64,000 nucleotides of DNA from Actinomycetales bacterium. GTDB taxonomy: Bacteria > Actinomycetota > Actinomycetes > S36-B12. A program made the translations under genes and the position numbers. Shown here piece by piece: positions 1 to 8,997 of this stretch. The number at the start of each line of letters is the position of its first letter. Position 1 is the stretch's first letter. A model generated the notes under the pieces. It made no database searches and had not been told where the DNA came from. It saw only the letters and a program-made list of their open reading frames with translations. The DNA lies in assembly GCA_016125355.1 (NCBI GenBank), contig WGLX01000010.1, positions 58,402 through 122,401 of the forward strand, read 5' to 3'.

Positions 1-350
1 CTCCGATCGCCCTCGGGTGGGTAGCGGCAGGCTGCCACCGCGGCTCGGGCATCGTCGGCGGTGTTGACCATCGGAATGATCACTGCCAGGGCTCCTGCGT
101 CCAGGGCGCGACCGATGGTCATGGCGTGGTTGGTGGCGACCCGCGCCACGGGGATCGCGCCCGCGGCCTCGGCGGCCTGCATCATGGCCAGGGCCTCGGG
201 CTCGGACGCGATGCCGTGCTGGAGGTCGACGACGACGTAGTCGTAGCCCATGCGAGCGGCTGCCTCAGCAGTCATGGGTTCACGAAGGAACATCCAGGCG
301 CCCAGCACAGGGCGCTCCTGCCAGCGATCACGCAGCGAGGGAATCGGCAC
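1..350 (-). CDS. HpcH/HpaI aldolase family protein (5' part; runs off the window)
   Basis: Manual minus-strand translation: (V)PIPSLRDRWQERPVLGAWMFLREPMTAEAAARMGYDYVVVDLQHG...GRALDAGALAVIIPMVNTADDARAAVAACRYPPEGDR, typical of HpcH/HpaI (DxQHG, ALDAGA, YPPxGxR). Not in the ORF track because it is truncated. Confidence 0.85.
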   Translation of the reverse strand, partial: MPIPSLRDRWQERPVLGAWMFLREPMTAEAAARMGYDYVVVDLQHGIASEPEALAMMQAAEAAGAIPVARVATNHAMTIGRALDAGALAVIIPMVNTADDARAAVAACRYPPEGDR

Positions 351-442
351 GGAGCCATGCTTGCGCACGATGTGGTCCTCCCACGCGTCGGCTCCCGTCA
401 TGCGGAACGCCAATTACTCCGTCGGGCGGCTAGCCTCGGTGC

Positions 443-1018
443 GTGGGCGACTTCATAGTTCGCGACCTGTCGGCGGAGACCTGGCCCGCCTTCGCGGACA
501 TCGTCGAGCGCCACAACGGGGTGTGGGGCGGCTGCTGGTGCATGGCCTTCCATCCTGAGGGGGTTGGCAAGGGACACACGCCCGCGGGCAACCGGGAGGC
601 GAAGCACGAGCGGGTGCTGGCCGGAACGACGCACTCTGCCCTGGTCATGGATGGCGACACGTGCGTCGGCTGGTGCCAGTTCGGGTCGCCCACGGAGTTG
701 CCGCGCGTCAAGAGCAGGCGGAAGTACGAAGCTGGACTGGAGGATCCGCCGGACTGGCGGATCACCTGCTTCTTCGTCGACCGCAGGAGACGCGGCGAGG
801 GGATCGCGTCTGCGGCGCTGGCCGGCGCCCTCGCCTCGATTGCCACGGCCGGCGGCGGTGTGGTCGAGGGGTACCCCGAGGAGACCGAGGGATTCGCGGT
901 GCAGGGCTCGCACCTGCACACCGGAACCGTGGGCATGTTCCTCGATGTCGGCTTCGTCAGGCAGAGGCAGATCTCTCCTCGCCGGTGGGTGATGGCGCGG
1001 TCGGTCGCTCCGGCCTAG
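443..1018 (+). CDS. GNAT family N-acetyltransferase
   Basis: GCWCMAF, VGWCQFG, ITCFFVDRRRRGEGIA (acetyl-CoA motif A), VEGYP; TAGCCT -10 just upstream of the GTG. Confidence 0.85.
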   Translation: MGDFIVRDLSAETWPAFADIVERHNGVWGGCWCMAFHPEGVGKGHTPAGNREAKHERVLAGTTHSALVMDGDTCVGWCQFGSPTELPRVKSRRKYEAGLEDPPDWRITCFFVDRRRRGEGIASAALAGALASIATAGGGVVEGYPEETEGFAVQGSHLHTGTVGMFLDVGFVRQRQISPRRWVMARSVAPA

Positions 1019-2082
1019 GCCTGCCTCAGCTCGTCGATCCGGGCCAGGAGCGGTTCCCGGTTGTGCATGCCGCGCTGCCGGACGCCGGCCTCGATGTCGA
1101 GGGCGAACTCGACGACTGCTTGGTTGACCGGGGCGGGCTCCCCGTGACGCCTCAGCATCTCGACGACCAAGCCGTTGATGTCGTTGACCTCTGCATGTCG
1201 ACCCTTCATCCAGTCCTGCAGGATCGTCGACCGCGACTCGGGCAGGACGTAGTTGGCGCACAGCTCGTCCAGGATCGTGGGCATGAAGGTGGCCGGATCG
1301 GATGCAGCGTCGCCCTCCATGCCGAAGATCGCCCGCACCGTGATGTCCTCGAGCTCGGCGACCCTGAGTGCCTCGTCTCCGGCGTCGGTCATCACCTCGC
1401 GCATTCCGGGCACACGAGCGCACTCGACGATGGACGTGTCGAGCACTGCTGATGGCAGCAGCTCGCCGGCATTGAGGACCAGCTTCATCCACTTCGGCGA
1501 CGTGATGTCGTCGACCTCCTCGACATCGCCTGCATGTCGGAGGAGTGAGGCGACCACGGGAATGTGGTGCCGGGACTCGGCGCGGGGTGCTCCTACCGCG
1601 AACCACGTCCTGCTCCGGTCGGACTGGCGCTCCACGTGCCCGGGCTCGTACATGGCCGCCGTGAGCTCGATGACGGCAGCGACGGCTCGATCCGCGCCCA
1701 TGACATCGACGATGACGTCACCGGTCATCCCGTTCTGGACTCCCGCGACGACGCCGTCGGGTGCGACATGTGGCTTGATCAGCTCGACTGCCCAACGCGT
1801 GTCGTAGGCCTTGACCAGGAGGAGCACGACATCGAAGGGTCGGGTGATCGTGGCCACCTCGCACAGGTGCAGGATCGGCACCCGGACGGTGCGCACGTCG
1901 CCTCTCATGTCCACGATGACGCCGTGGTCGCGGATGGATTGCACGTTGTCGGGCCACTGGTCGATGAACGTCACGTCCAGCCCGGCATCGACGAGATCCG
2001 CACCGATTCCCGAGCCGTTGGCCCCCGTGCCGAGGACGGCGATGCGCAGGTCGGTCAGGTCACGTGAACTCATCGGCTGCAT
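1015..2082 (-). CDS. Ketopantoate reductase (PanE/ApbA) family protein
   Basis: IAVLGTGANG Rossmann motif, LLVKAYD, GVQNG, KWMKLVLN, STILQDWMKGRHAEVNDING. Confidence 0.85.
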   Translation of the reverse strand: MQPMSSRDLTDLRIAVLGTGANGSGIGADLVDAGLDVTFIDQWPDNVQSIRDHGVIVDMRGDVRTVRVPILHLCEVATITRPFDVVLLLVKAYDTRWAVELIKPHVAPDGVVAGVQNGMTGDVIVDVMGADRAVAAVIELTAAMYEPGHVERQSDRSRTWFAVGAPRAESRHHIPVVASLLRHAGDVEEVDDITSPKWMKLVLNAGELLPSAVLDTSIVECARVPGMREVMTDAGDEALRVAELEDITVRAIFGMEGDAASDPATFMPTILDELCANYVLPESRSTILQDWMKGRHAEVNDINGLVVEMLRRHGEPAPVNQAVVEFALDIEAGVRQRGMHNREPLLARIDELRQA

Positions 2083-2137
2083 CCCGGCACGATAGCGAGC
2101 AGGGAGACGGCCTCGGGAACGAGCCTGGAAGCCACAA

Positions 2138-2162
2138 GAACCCCTTGGATTCCAAGGGGTTC
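2138..2162. terminator. Inverted-repeat hairpin downstream of tRNA-Val
   Basis: GAACCCCTTGGA-T-TCCAAGGGGTTC, perfect 12-bp arms, immediately 3' of the minus-strand tRNA. Confidence 0.7.
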
Positions 2163-2167
2163 GAGAG

Positions 2168-2240
2168 TGGGCGATACAGGAATCGAACCTGTGACCTCTT
2201 CCGTGTCAAGGAAGCGCGCTAGCCCCTGCGCCAATCGCCC
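2168..2240 (-). tRNA. tRNA-Val(GAC)
   Basis: Reverse complement GGGCGATTGGCGCAG...CTTCC-TTGACAC-GGAAG...GGTTCGATTCC TGTATCGCCCA; cloverleaf with anticodon GAC. Confidence 0.95.
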
Positions 2241-2269
2241 GTGGGGGTCCTTTTCGGGACTGCGACAGA

Positions 2270-3907
2270 CTACACGGCAACGGTCACCCGGTCGCGACCG
2301 GCCTGCTTGGAGGTGTACAGGGCTGCGTCGGCCCGGCTGGACATCGAGGCAAAGTGCGTCGTCTCCGCCTCGGTCACCGCGATCACCCCAGCGCTCATGG
2401 TGATCCGGCCCGTGGGTGACAGTCCCACCAGATCGAGGGCGCCGACTCGCGCTCGGATGCGTTCCGCGACGACGCGGGCGCTATGCGAGTCGGCGTCGGG
2501 CAGGACGACGAGGAACTCCTCACCGCCGATCCGATAGGCCACGTCGTTGTCGCGGATCGCGTCGCTGATGGATGCGGCGACCTGCGACAGGACGCTGTCT
2601 CCCGCGGCGTGCCCGTTGCTGTCGTTGACGGCCTTGAAATGGTCGATGTCGAGGGCGATCAGTGCATACGTGCCCGAGGGCACCCGCTCCTCGAGGGCGC
2701 GACGGTTGTCGAGCCCCGTGAGCGGATCGGTGAAGGCGGCGCGACGGAGGTCCGACTCCCTCCGGGCCTGTTCGTGGTCCTCGAGGTACTCGTCGATGAC
2801 GGGGCGGATCGTGGGCGCGAGGCTCCGCAGCATCGTGAGCAGCTCCTGGTCAGAGTCGGCCTCGTCCGGTGCGTGGAGGCACAGCTTGGCCGCGGGACTC
2901 CCGGGGATATCGACACATGGCACGTGGTCAGGCGGTGGCCGCAGCGCGGCCCGGGAACCGCCCCAGCCCCACATCGTCCAGCCGCGGTCCGGGACGTCGA
3001 TGAACAGCGCACACCGGTAGTTGCCCTCGGCGTCGTCAAGGACCCTGTTCAGGGCGGCCACGAGAGCGATCGGGTCGGCCGACGTGAGCAGCGCCTCGGT
3101 GATCCCGGTGCGCGCTTCGGAGATGTGGAGGAGGTGCTGGAGGTCGATGTCCGCGTCGGCCAGCGTGAAGATGCCGCAGTCGATCGACTTGAGGCCCTCG
3201 AATGCGCCATTCACGGCGGCGGACGTGATGACATGGCCGTGCTGGGGAGCGATGCGCTCGATGTCCCGCCAGCGCTGCTGGATGCGCGTCAGGCCGGCGG
3301 TGAGAAGCTCGCGGCTCGGCATGTAGTGCTGGTGGAAGGGTCGAGCCGCGTCCAGGATATACTCGACGTCATCGCTCTCCAGCACGGTGTTGTCCGGTAC
3401 GAAGCCGCCGAACAGGTCCGCGGAGAAGAGCGTGTGCGTTGCGGTGTCGTAGGAGACCATCGCGCCGGGGAAGTGCAGGTACGGCGTCAGCTGGAACTCG
3501 AGCCTGCGATCTCCACCGAGCGGAACGGCCCAGTCGTGCTCCTCGACGAGCCAGTAGCGGTACGGGTGGCCGTAGTGCTTCAGCAATGCGGCAGCGCGCC
3601 ATTCGCTGACCACCTGCACATCGGGTCGGGGCAGGCGGTCCGCCAGGACGGACAGGGAGCCCGCGACGTCGGGGTCGGCGTGGTGGCACACGAGGTACGC
3701 GATGGAGTCCAGCGGCTGTACCTGCTGGACCCGCTCAAGGACGGCGTCCACCGTGAGGATCGACCCGGGATCGACGAGGACCGACTCGGTGCCGTTCCGG
3801 ATCAGGTAAGTGTGGCATTGGAAGCGGTCATCCGGCAGGCGGATGCCCACCCAGTAGACGTCGTCGGCCACCTCGATGGGTCCTTGAGGCACGCCGACTC
3901 CCTCCAT
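2270..3907 (-). CDS. Diguanylate cyclase with N-terminal MBL-fold di-iron (ODP/FprA-like) sensor domain
   Basis: N-terminus: HHADPDV, YLHFPG, LFSADLFG, IAPQHG. C-terminus: TDPLTGLDNRR, DIDHFKAVND, YRIGGEEF, ADAALYTSKQAGRDRV. The start may be the GTG at 3892. Confidence 0.85.
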   Translation of the reverse strand: MEGVGVPQGPIEVADDVYWVGIRLPDDRFQCHTYLIRNGTESVLVDPGSILTVDAVLERVQQVQPLDSIAYLVCHHADPDVAGSLSVLADRLPRPDVQVVSEWRAAALLKHYGHPYRYWLVEEHDWAVPLGGDRRLEFQLTPYLHFPGAMVSYDTATHTLFSADLFGGFVPDNTVLESDDVEYILDAARPFHQHYMPSRELLTAGLTRIQQRWRDIERIAPQHGHVITSAAVNGAFEGLKSIDCGIFTLADADIDLQHLLHISEARTGITEALLTSADPIALVAALNRVLDDAEGNYRCALFIDVPDRGWTMWGWGGSRAALRPPPDHVPCVDIPGSPAAKLCLHAPDEADSDQELLTMLRSLAPTIRPVIDEYLEDHEQARRESDLRRAAFTDPLTGLDNRRALEERVPSGTYALIALDIDHFKAVNDSNGHAAGDSVLSQVAASISDAIRDNDVAYRIGGEEFLVVLPDADSHSARVVAERIRARVGALDLVGLSPTGRITMSAGVIAVTEAETTHFASMSSRADAALYTSKQAGRDRVTVAV

Positions 3908-3931
3908 CCCCGCGGAGGAAAGGTTACCGGT

Positions 3932-4963
3932 CTAGGTGGCGGAATGCGTGTCCTCGGAGTCCGGATCATGTGCGGCAGAGGACGCCTGGTTGATCCGGTT
4001 GAGGTTCGACACGATCCCGCCCACGAGGGCGATCTGGGCGGTCTGATCGGCCAGCCGCACCGCCTCATGGGCCTGGGTCCGCCCGATCGAGGTCGTCGGG
4101 TCGTCCGCGGCGATGTTGTCCGCCGCCATGGCCATGAGGTCGGCGAGTGGGGAGACCGCAGCCGGAGGCAGCGGAGCCGCTGAGCGACCGGTCGCCGACA
4201 GGTCAGAGGCGATCGAGAGAACACGGGAGGACATCACCGACGTGGCATCCAGCTCTCGCTTCAGGCGCGCGAGCTCATCGGGATGGAGCCGCGGGCTCCA
4301 GCGTGCATGGCTGGACAGGTCCTCCCAGCGGGCCGCGAGACCCAGCGTGCGGTTGCGCAGCTCGGTCGCCTGCTCGCGCCACTCCCGGGCGGTCGCCGGC
4401 TCGGGCGTCTCGCGAATCCCCTTCGCCATGGTGGTGAGGAGGGCCGACAGGTCCTCCTTGAGCGCATCGACGTCGTTGCCGAGCACGCGGGTGTCCTTGG
4501 CCGGTGCGACGACGGCCGAGGCGGCCAGACCGCAGAGCGCGCCGATCGCCACGCCCAGGAATCGGGCGAGGGCACCTTCCGTCGTGAGGTGGGTGCCGAC
4601 GACGAGGATCATCGTGATGGCGACGGTCGCGGCCATGAAGGGCGCTTCATCGGGGGACTTGAACCGCAGTATCCAGGCGATGGCGAACGACAGGAGCACG
4701 ATGATGAACAGGACGATGGCGCCGGAGCCGATCAGGGAGACGACGCCCAGGGCGATCGCGGCGCCGACCATCGTGCCGAGGATCTGGAACGAGCCCTCCT
4801 TGGCGGCATGGTGGAACGTGACCTTGGTGCTGACGACCGCCGTGATCGCGGCGGGAATCGGGTCGGCGAAGGGCACGACGACGCCGATGAGGTAGGCGGC
4901 AAGCGTCGCGATCGAGGTGAGGATCGCCAAGCGGGCATACCCGCTCGTCCAGAGGCCATTCAC
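3932..4963 (-). CDS. FUSC / aromatic acid exporter family membrane protein
   Basis: C-terminal half of ORF 3932..6031, start taken as GTG 4963. About 5 TM helices (PIPAAITAV, QILGTMVGA, ARFLGVAIG) followed by a helical soluble domain. Confidence 0.7.
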   Translation of the reverse strand: MNGLWTSGYARLAILTSIATLAAYLIGVVVPFADPIPAAITAVVSTKVTFHHAAKEGSFQILGTMVGAAIALGVVSLIGSGAIVLFIIVLLSFAIAWILRFKSPDEAPFMAATVAITMILVVGTHLTTEGALARFLGVAIGALCGLAASAVVAPAKDTRVLGNDVDALKEDLSALLTTMAKGIRETPEPATAREWREQATELRNRTLGLAARWEDLSSHARWSPRLHPDELARLKRELDATSVMSSRVLSIASDLSATGRSAAPLPPAAVSPLADLMAMAADNIAADDPTTSIGRTQAHEAVRLADQTAQIALVGGIVSNLNRINQASSAAHDPDSEDTHSAT

Positions 4964-5033
4964 GCCGTCGATTGTTGCACCGAATCCATGGCCACCGACA
5001 ACCGCGCGATCGTGCGGCCCTGCCCGCGCTACG

Positions 5034-5107
5034 TGGAGGTGGAGACGGGATTTGAACCCGTGTAGACGGCTTTGCAGGCCGTTGCCTCGCCTCTCGGCCA
5101 CTCCACC
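5034..5107 (-). tRNA. tRNA-Cys(GCA)
   Basis: Reverse complement GGTGGAGTGGCCGAGAGGCGAGGCAACGGCCTGCAAAGCCGTCTACACGGGTTCAAATCCCGTCTCCACCTCCA; U discriminator and encoded CCA. Confidence 0.95.
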
Positions 5108-5136
5108 GGAGTGCGACCGGATGGCCGCGTCATGCG

Positions 5137-5209
5137 AGCGGACGACGGGATTCGAACCCGCGACCCTCACCTTGGCAAGGTGATGCGCTACCAGCTGCGC
5201 TACGTCCGC
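5137..5209 (-). tRNA. tRNA-Gly(GCC)
   Basis: Reverse complement GCGGACGTAGCGCAGCTGGTAGCGCATCACCTTGCCAAGGTGAGGGTCGCGGGTTCGAATCCCGTCGTCCGCT. Confidence 0.95.
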
Positions 5210-5311
5210 GTGATCTCGCGATCGAGGTGAAACCATAGCCCACCCGTCGCCCGCAGAGCGAATTGGGTCGGACGTGGCGACGGGCGCCGACCGAGGGGAC
5301 AGGATGGGATC

Positions 5312-6349
5312 GTGAGCGCGTTGCCGTCGGCCCGCCTGTCCGGCCTCTGGGCCACGGACCTGCTGGATGTGACCGACGACCTCGACGTGCTCGACACCCA
5401 CGGTCGATGGGCCGTCGCCCTGCCCTACGAGGGGCGGCCGGTGCTCGCCCGCTTCGCGCGCTGGGACCAGGCGAGGCCCCACCTGGCCGCTCGATGGGTC
5501 GGCCCGGCTGCCGGGGCGTGGTCGTCGTCGCTGGGTGAGCAGGACTACCGGGAGCGGGTCGAGTCGCTGCGGCAGGCCATCGCGTGCGGCGATGTGTACC
5601 AGGCCAACCTGTGCCGGGTCCTCAGTGCGCCCTTGCCGCACCCGGACGCGGCCGACATCGTCGGCCTGTGGCACCTGCTCGACGCAGGGAACCCGTCGCC
5701 CTTCAGCGGCTATCTGGACCTGCCGGAGCACGATGTCCAGGTGGCGACGGCCAGCCCCGAGCTCTTCGTGGCCCTGCGAGTCGACGTCGATCTCCGCACC
5801 ATCCGGTCGGGGCCGATCAAGGGCACGGGACGCACCGTGGCTGACCTGACGGAGAAGGACACCGCGGAGAACATCATGATCGTCGACCTGGTGCGCAATG
5901 ACCTGTCGAAGATCAGCAGGACGGGGACCGTCACCGTGCCCGAGCTGCTCGTGCTCGAGGAGCACCCGGGCCTGGTGCATCTGGTGTCGTACGTGCAGGC
6001 CGAGCTCGACCCCCTCGTCACGTGGCGCCACATCGTCGATGCCGCCTTCCCCCCGGGATCGGTCACGGGGGCGCCGAAGATCGCCGCCCAGGCGCTCATC
6101 TCCTCCCTCGAGACCGCACCTCGGGAGTACTACTGCGGGGCCCTTGGCTGGGTGGACGCCGACACCGGGGAGGCCGAGCTCGCGGTGACGATCAGGACGT
6201 TCTGGAGGTCCGGCGGCGAGCTCCGCTTCGGGACCGGCGCGGGCATCACCTGGGGGAGTGACCCGGCCGCCGAATGGCGGGAGACCGAGCTCAAGGCGGC
6301 CCGGTTGATCCGCGTGGCCGCAGGGTCGTGGCAGGCTGACGCGCCATGA
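5312..6349 (+). CDS. Chorismate-binding enzyme (aminodeoxychorismate synthase component I / TrpE-like)
   Basis: GDVYQANL, SPELF, PIKGT, ENIMIVDLVRNDL, FPPGSVTGAPK, YCGALG, GAGITWGSDP. Confidence 0.9.
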   Translation: MSALPSARLSGLWATDLLDVTDDLDVLDTHGRWAVALPYEGRPVLARFARWDQARPHLAARWVGPAAGAWSSSLGEQDYRERVESLRQAIACGDVYQANLCRVLSAPLPHPDAADIVGLWHLLDAGNPSPFSGYLDLPEHDVQVATASPELFVALRVDVDLRTIRSGPIKGTGRTVADLTEKDTAENIMIVDLVRNDLSKISRTGTVTVPELLVLEEHPGLVHLVSYVQAELDPLVTWRHIVDAAFPPGSVTGAPKIAAQALISSLETAPREYYCGALGWVDADTGEAELAVTIRTFWRSGGELRFGTGAGITWGSDPAAEWRETELKAARLIRVAAGSWQADAP

Positions 6350-7185
6350 GGATCTGGATCGGCACCCGCAGTGGCGGCCGCCTCGTGGAGCCCCCGGATG
6401 CCCGGATCGATGTCCTCGACCACGGCTTCACCGTGGCCGACGGCGTGTTCGAGACCCTCAAGGCCACGCCGGACGGGCCGTTCGCCCTGACCCGGCACCT
6501 GCGGCGCCTGGGCCATTCCTCGCGGGCGCTCGGCCTGGAGCCGCCCGATGACGCGGTCGTCCGGGCGGCTGTCGATGACGTGGTCGCCGGTGCCGACCTC
6601 GGCCCGGACCGGCTCGGGCGCCTGCGGATCACCTACACGGCAGGGACCGGCCCGCTCGGCAGTGACCGAGGCGCCTCGGAGCCGACCCTCGTCGTCGCCC
6701 TCACCCCCACAACGCGGTGGCCGGTGACGACTTCAGTGGCGACCGTGCCGTGGACGCGCAATGAGCGTTCACCCATCGCAGGCGTGAAGTCGACCTCGTA
6801 CGCCGAGAACGTCGTCGCCCTCAAGCACGCACACGACCGCGGCCTGTCGGAGGCGGTCCTCGCGAACACCCGGGGCGAGCTGTGCGAGGGCACCGGAAGC
6901 AACGTGCTGGTGGTCCTCGGGAACCGCGTGGTGACGCCGCCGCTGTCGAGCGGCTGCCTCGCCGGCATCACCCGCGAACTCGTGCTCGAATGGTTCGACG
7001 TCGAGGAAGGGACGCTGCCACTCGACGTGCTCTTCGAGGCGGACGAGGTGCTGCTCACCTCGTCAACCCGGGATGTGCACCCGGTGGTGAGGGTGGACGA
7101 GCGCGAGTGGCCGACCGCAGGGCCGGTGGGGACCCGGATGCGGGCAGCCTTCGCCGAACGGGCAGCCGAGGACATCGACCCCTGA
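6346..7185 (+). CDS. Aminotransferase class IV / aminodeoxychorismate lyase (PabC-like)
   Basis: DHGFTVADGVFET, HLRRL, KSTSYAEN, EGTGSNV, LAGITR; ATGA overlap with the upstream gene. Confidence 0.88.
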   Translation: MRIWIGTRSGGRLVEPPDARIDVLDHGFTVADGVFETLKATPDGPFALTRHLRRLGHSSRALGLEPPDDAVVRAAVDDVVAGADLGPDRLGRLRITYTAGTGPLGSDRGASEPTLVVALTPTTRWPVTTSVATVPWTRNERSPIAGVKSTSYAENVVALKHAHDRGLSEAVLANTRGELCEGTGSNVLVVLGNRVVTPPLSSGCLAGITRELVLEWFDVEEGTLPLDVLFEADEVLLTSSTRDVHPVVRVDEREWPTAGPVGTRMRAAFAERAAEDIDP

Positions 7186-7194
7186 CGGCAATGC

Positions 7195-7226
7195 GAAGGG
7201 GCCCTCGCGTGGGCGAGAGCCCCTTC
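7195..7226. terminator. Hairpin between convergent genes
   Basis: GAAGGGGCCCTCGC-GTGG-GCGAGAGCCCCTTC imperfect inverted repeat. Confidence 0.6.
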
Positions 7227-7244
7227 CCACGTGCTGTCGAACGA

Positions 7245-8759
7245 TCAGGTCACGCGGTAGGAACGCGTCACCGTGTACGGATTCCACTGGCCCGGCACGC
7301 CCGGAGCGGTGCCCTTGACGTTGCACTGCCCCTTCTTGATCATCTTCAGCTTGACCGCACCGCTGCTCGGGAACTTCAGCTTGCAGATGCTGTTCTTGCC
7401 CTTGGTGATCTTCCAGGTGATGTTCTGGCCGGCATTGGTGTCCACCTGCGCCGGGCTCTCCAGCGCCAGGGTGCGGCCCTTGTTGACCGAGCCCGACGGA
7501 GGAGCGTCGAGCAGCGCCGTCTGGTTCCCGGGGATCAGCGTGATGGTGTAGCCGTACTGGACGGCCGCGTAGCCGTTGCCGCCAGGGCTGTACGACGTCA
7601 TGTTGCACTGTCCGGATCCGACGGGAACGGTGATCGTCAGGCCGGACACGGAGCACGGCCCGGTCTCGCCGATCTGCACCGGCGCGCCTGAGAGGGACGA
7701 CGCCTGGAAGGTGAAGTTCGAGCCGTTGCCCAGGGTGTACGAGCCGCCGTTGACCCACGGTCCCCAGCCCGGCTGGACGAGTGTGATCACGTCCTTCTGG
7801 ATCGGGCCGGCCACGATGGTGACCTTGTCGCTCGTGGAGCCGGACTGGCCGCCGTTCGTGGTGTAGCTGGCGCCGAGGGTGGCCGGGCCCGGTGCGGTCG
7901 GCGTCCACGTGAAGGACGCTCTGCCATTGACGATCGGGATGCTGGCGCTGATCGGCTGGCCGTTGACGGTGAAGCCGACAGAGCCCTGGATGCTCGACGG
8001 AACGAGCGTGGCGACGAGGGTCACCGGTACGCCGACGGTCAGGGTGCCAGGCGCTGTGAGGGTGATGGTGCTGCCGCTTCCGCTGGCATTGATCGCGTCC
8101 TGCTGCGACGTCGAGCCCGTGGCGGTGCCGTCACCTTGGTAGGTGGCGGTGAAGATGTACGTGCCCGGTGCCTGCGGGGTCCACCACCAGTAGGTGTACG
8201 ACTTGCCGGGACCGTTCGCCGTCAGGCCGTTCGTGGACACGACGTTGCCGTTCTGGTCGGTGAACACCACGTTCCCGGTCGGGGAGTATGTGCTCCCACC
8301 CAGCATCGTCACGTTCGCCTGGATCCGCGTGGCCGTGCCCACCTTCGCGTTGTTGGGCGCGGCGATCGTCGTGTAGGTGCCGCCCGTCGACGCGAAGTTG
8401 AGCTGGATCGTGTTCGACTGCGACTGGGCCACCCCACCCGTGTCGTAGGCGACGGCGGTGAGGTTGAGCGGCGAACCGGACTGCGGGACCGAGAAGCTCA
8501 GGTACTGCGGTGACTGGGCGCCGAAGCCGAGTTGGACGTTGGCCCAGCTGGTGCCGAACTGATCCTGCAGCGACAGGTAGCCGTCGGAGAAGGACCCCGT
8601 CACCGTGTACGTGACCGTCGAGTTGATGGTGGCATTCGACGGCCCGGTCATGGACAGCGTCACGGGCGCTGCCTGCGCCGGAGCGGCGGATGCCAGCCCC
8701 CCGGCAACCAACGCGATGGCCGCGGCGGTGGCCGCCGCGGCTCGCTTCAGCGTGAACAT
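7245..8759 (-). CDS. Secreted Ig-like (Big_3-type) repeat protein
   Basis: Sec signal peptide (KR, Ala-rich stretch, AQA); Thr/Ser/Gly-rich beta repeats (PTGNVVFTD, FTATYQGD, GSVGFTVNG, LGASY); Lys-rich C-terminal domain. Confidence 0.7.
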   Translation of the reverse strand: MFTLKRAAAATAAAIALVAGGLASAAPAQAAPVTLSMTGPSNATINSTVTYTVTGSFSDGYLSLQDQFGTSWANVQLGFGAQSPQYLSFSVPQSGSPLNLTAVAYDTGGVAQSQSNTIQLNFASTGGTYTTIAAPNNAKVGTATRIQANVTMLGGSTYSPTGNVVFTDQNGNVVSTNGLTANGPGKSYTYWWWTPQAPGTYIFTATYQGDGTATGSTSQQDAINASGSGSTITLTAPGTLTVGVPVTLVATLVPSSIQGSVGFTVNGQPISASIPIVNGRASFTWTPTAPGPATLGASYTTNGGQSGSTSDKVTIVAGPIQKDVITLVQPGWGPWVNGGSYTLGNGSNFTFQASSLSGAPVQIGETGPCSVSGLTITVPVGSGQCNMTSYSPGGNGYAAVQYGYTITLIPGNQTALLDAPPSGSVNKGRTLALESPAQVDTNAGQNITWKITKGKNSICKLKFPSSGAVKLKMIKKGQCNVKGTAPGVPGQWNPYTVTRSYRVT

Positions 8760-8888
8760 GCGCGACTCCTCGAGGTGGGCAATGTGGTCACGCTATCCGG
8801 AAAGCGGTGCCGTAGCCGGCCCGACACATCGCGATGCGCGGTTGGCTGTCGGGGTGACGGTGAGCGTGAGGTAGAGTTCCAGCGCTTC

Positions 8889-8960
<72 letters not shown>

Positions 8961-8997
8961 CCGAAGATCCCCGCCCGGCTGCGCGTGCAGCCCGATC

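Noticed and set aside
4964-6031. N-terminal half of the 699-aa ORF 3932..6031
   Set aside because: It runs through two tRNA genes and antisense to the pabB-like gene. Only the C-terminal membrane protein part is credible.
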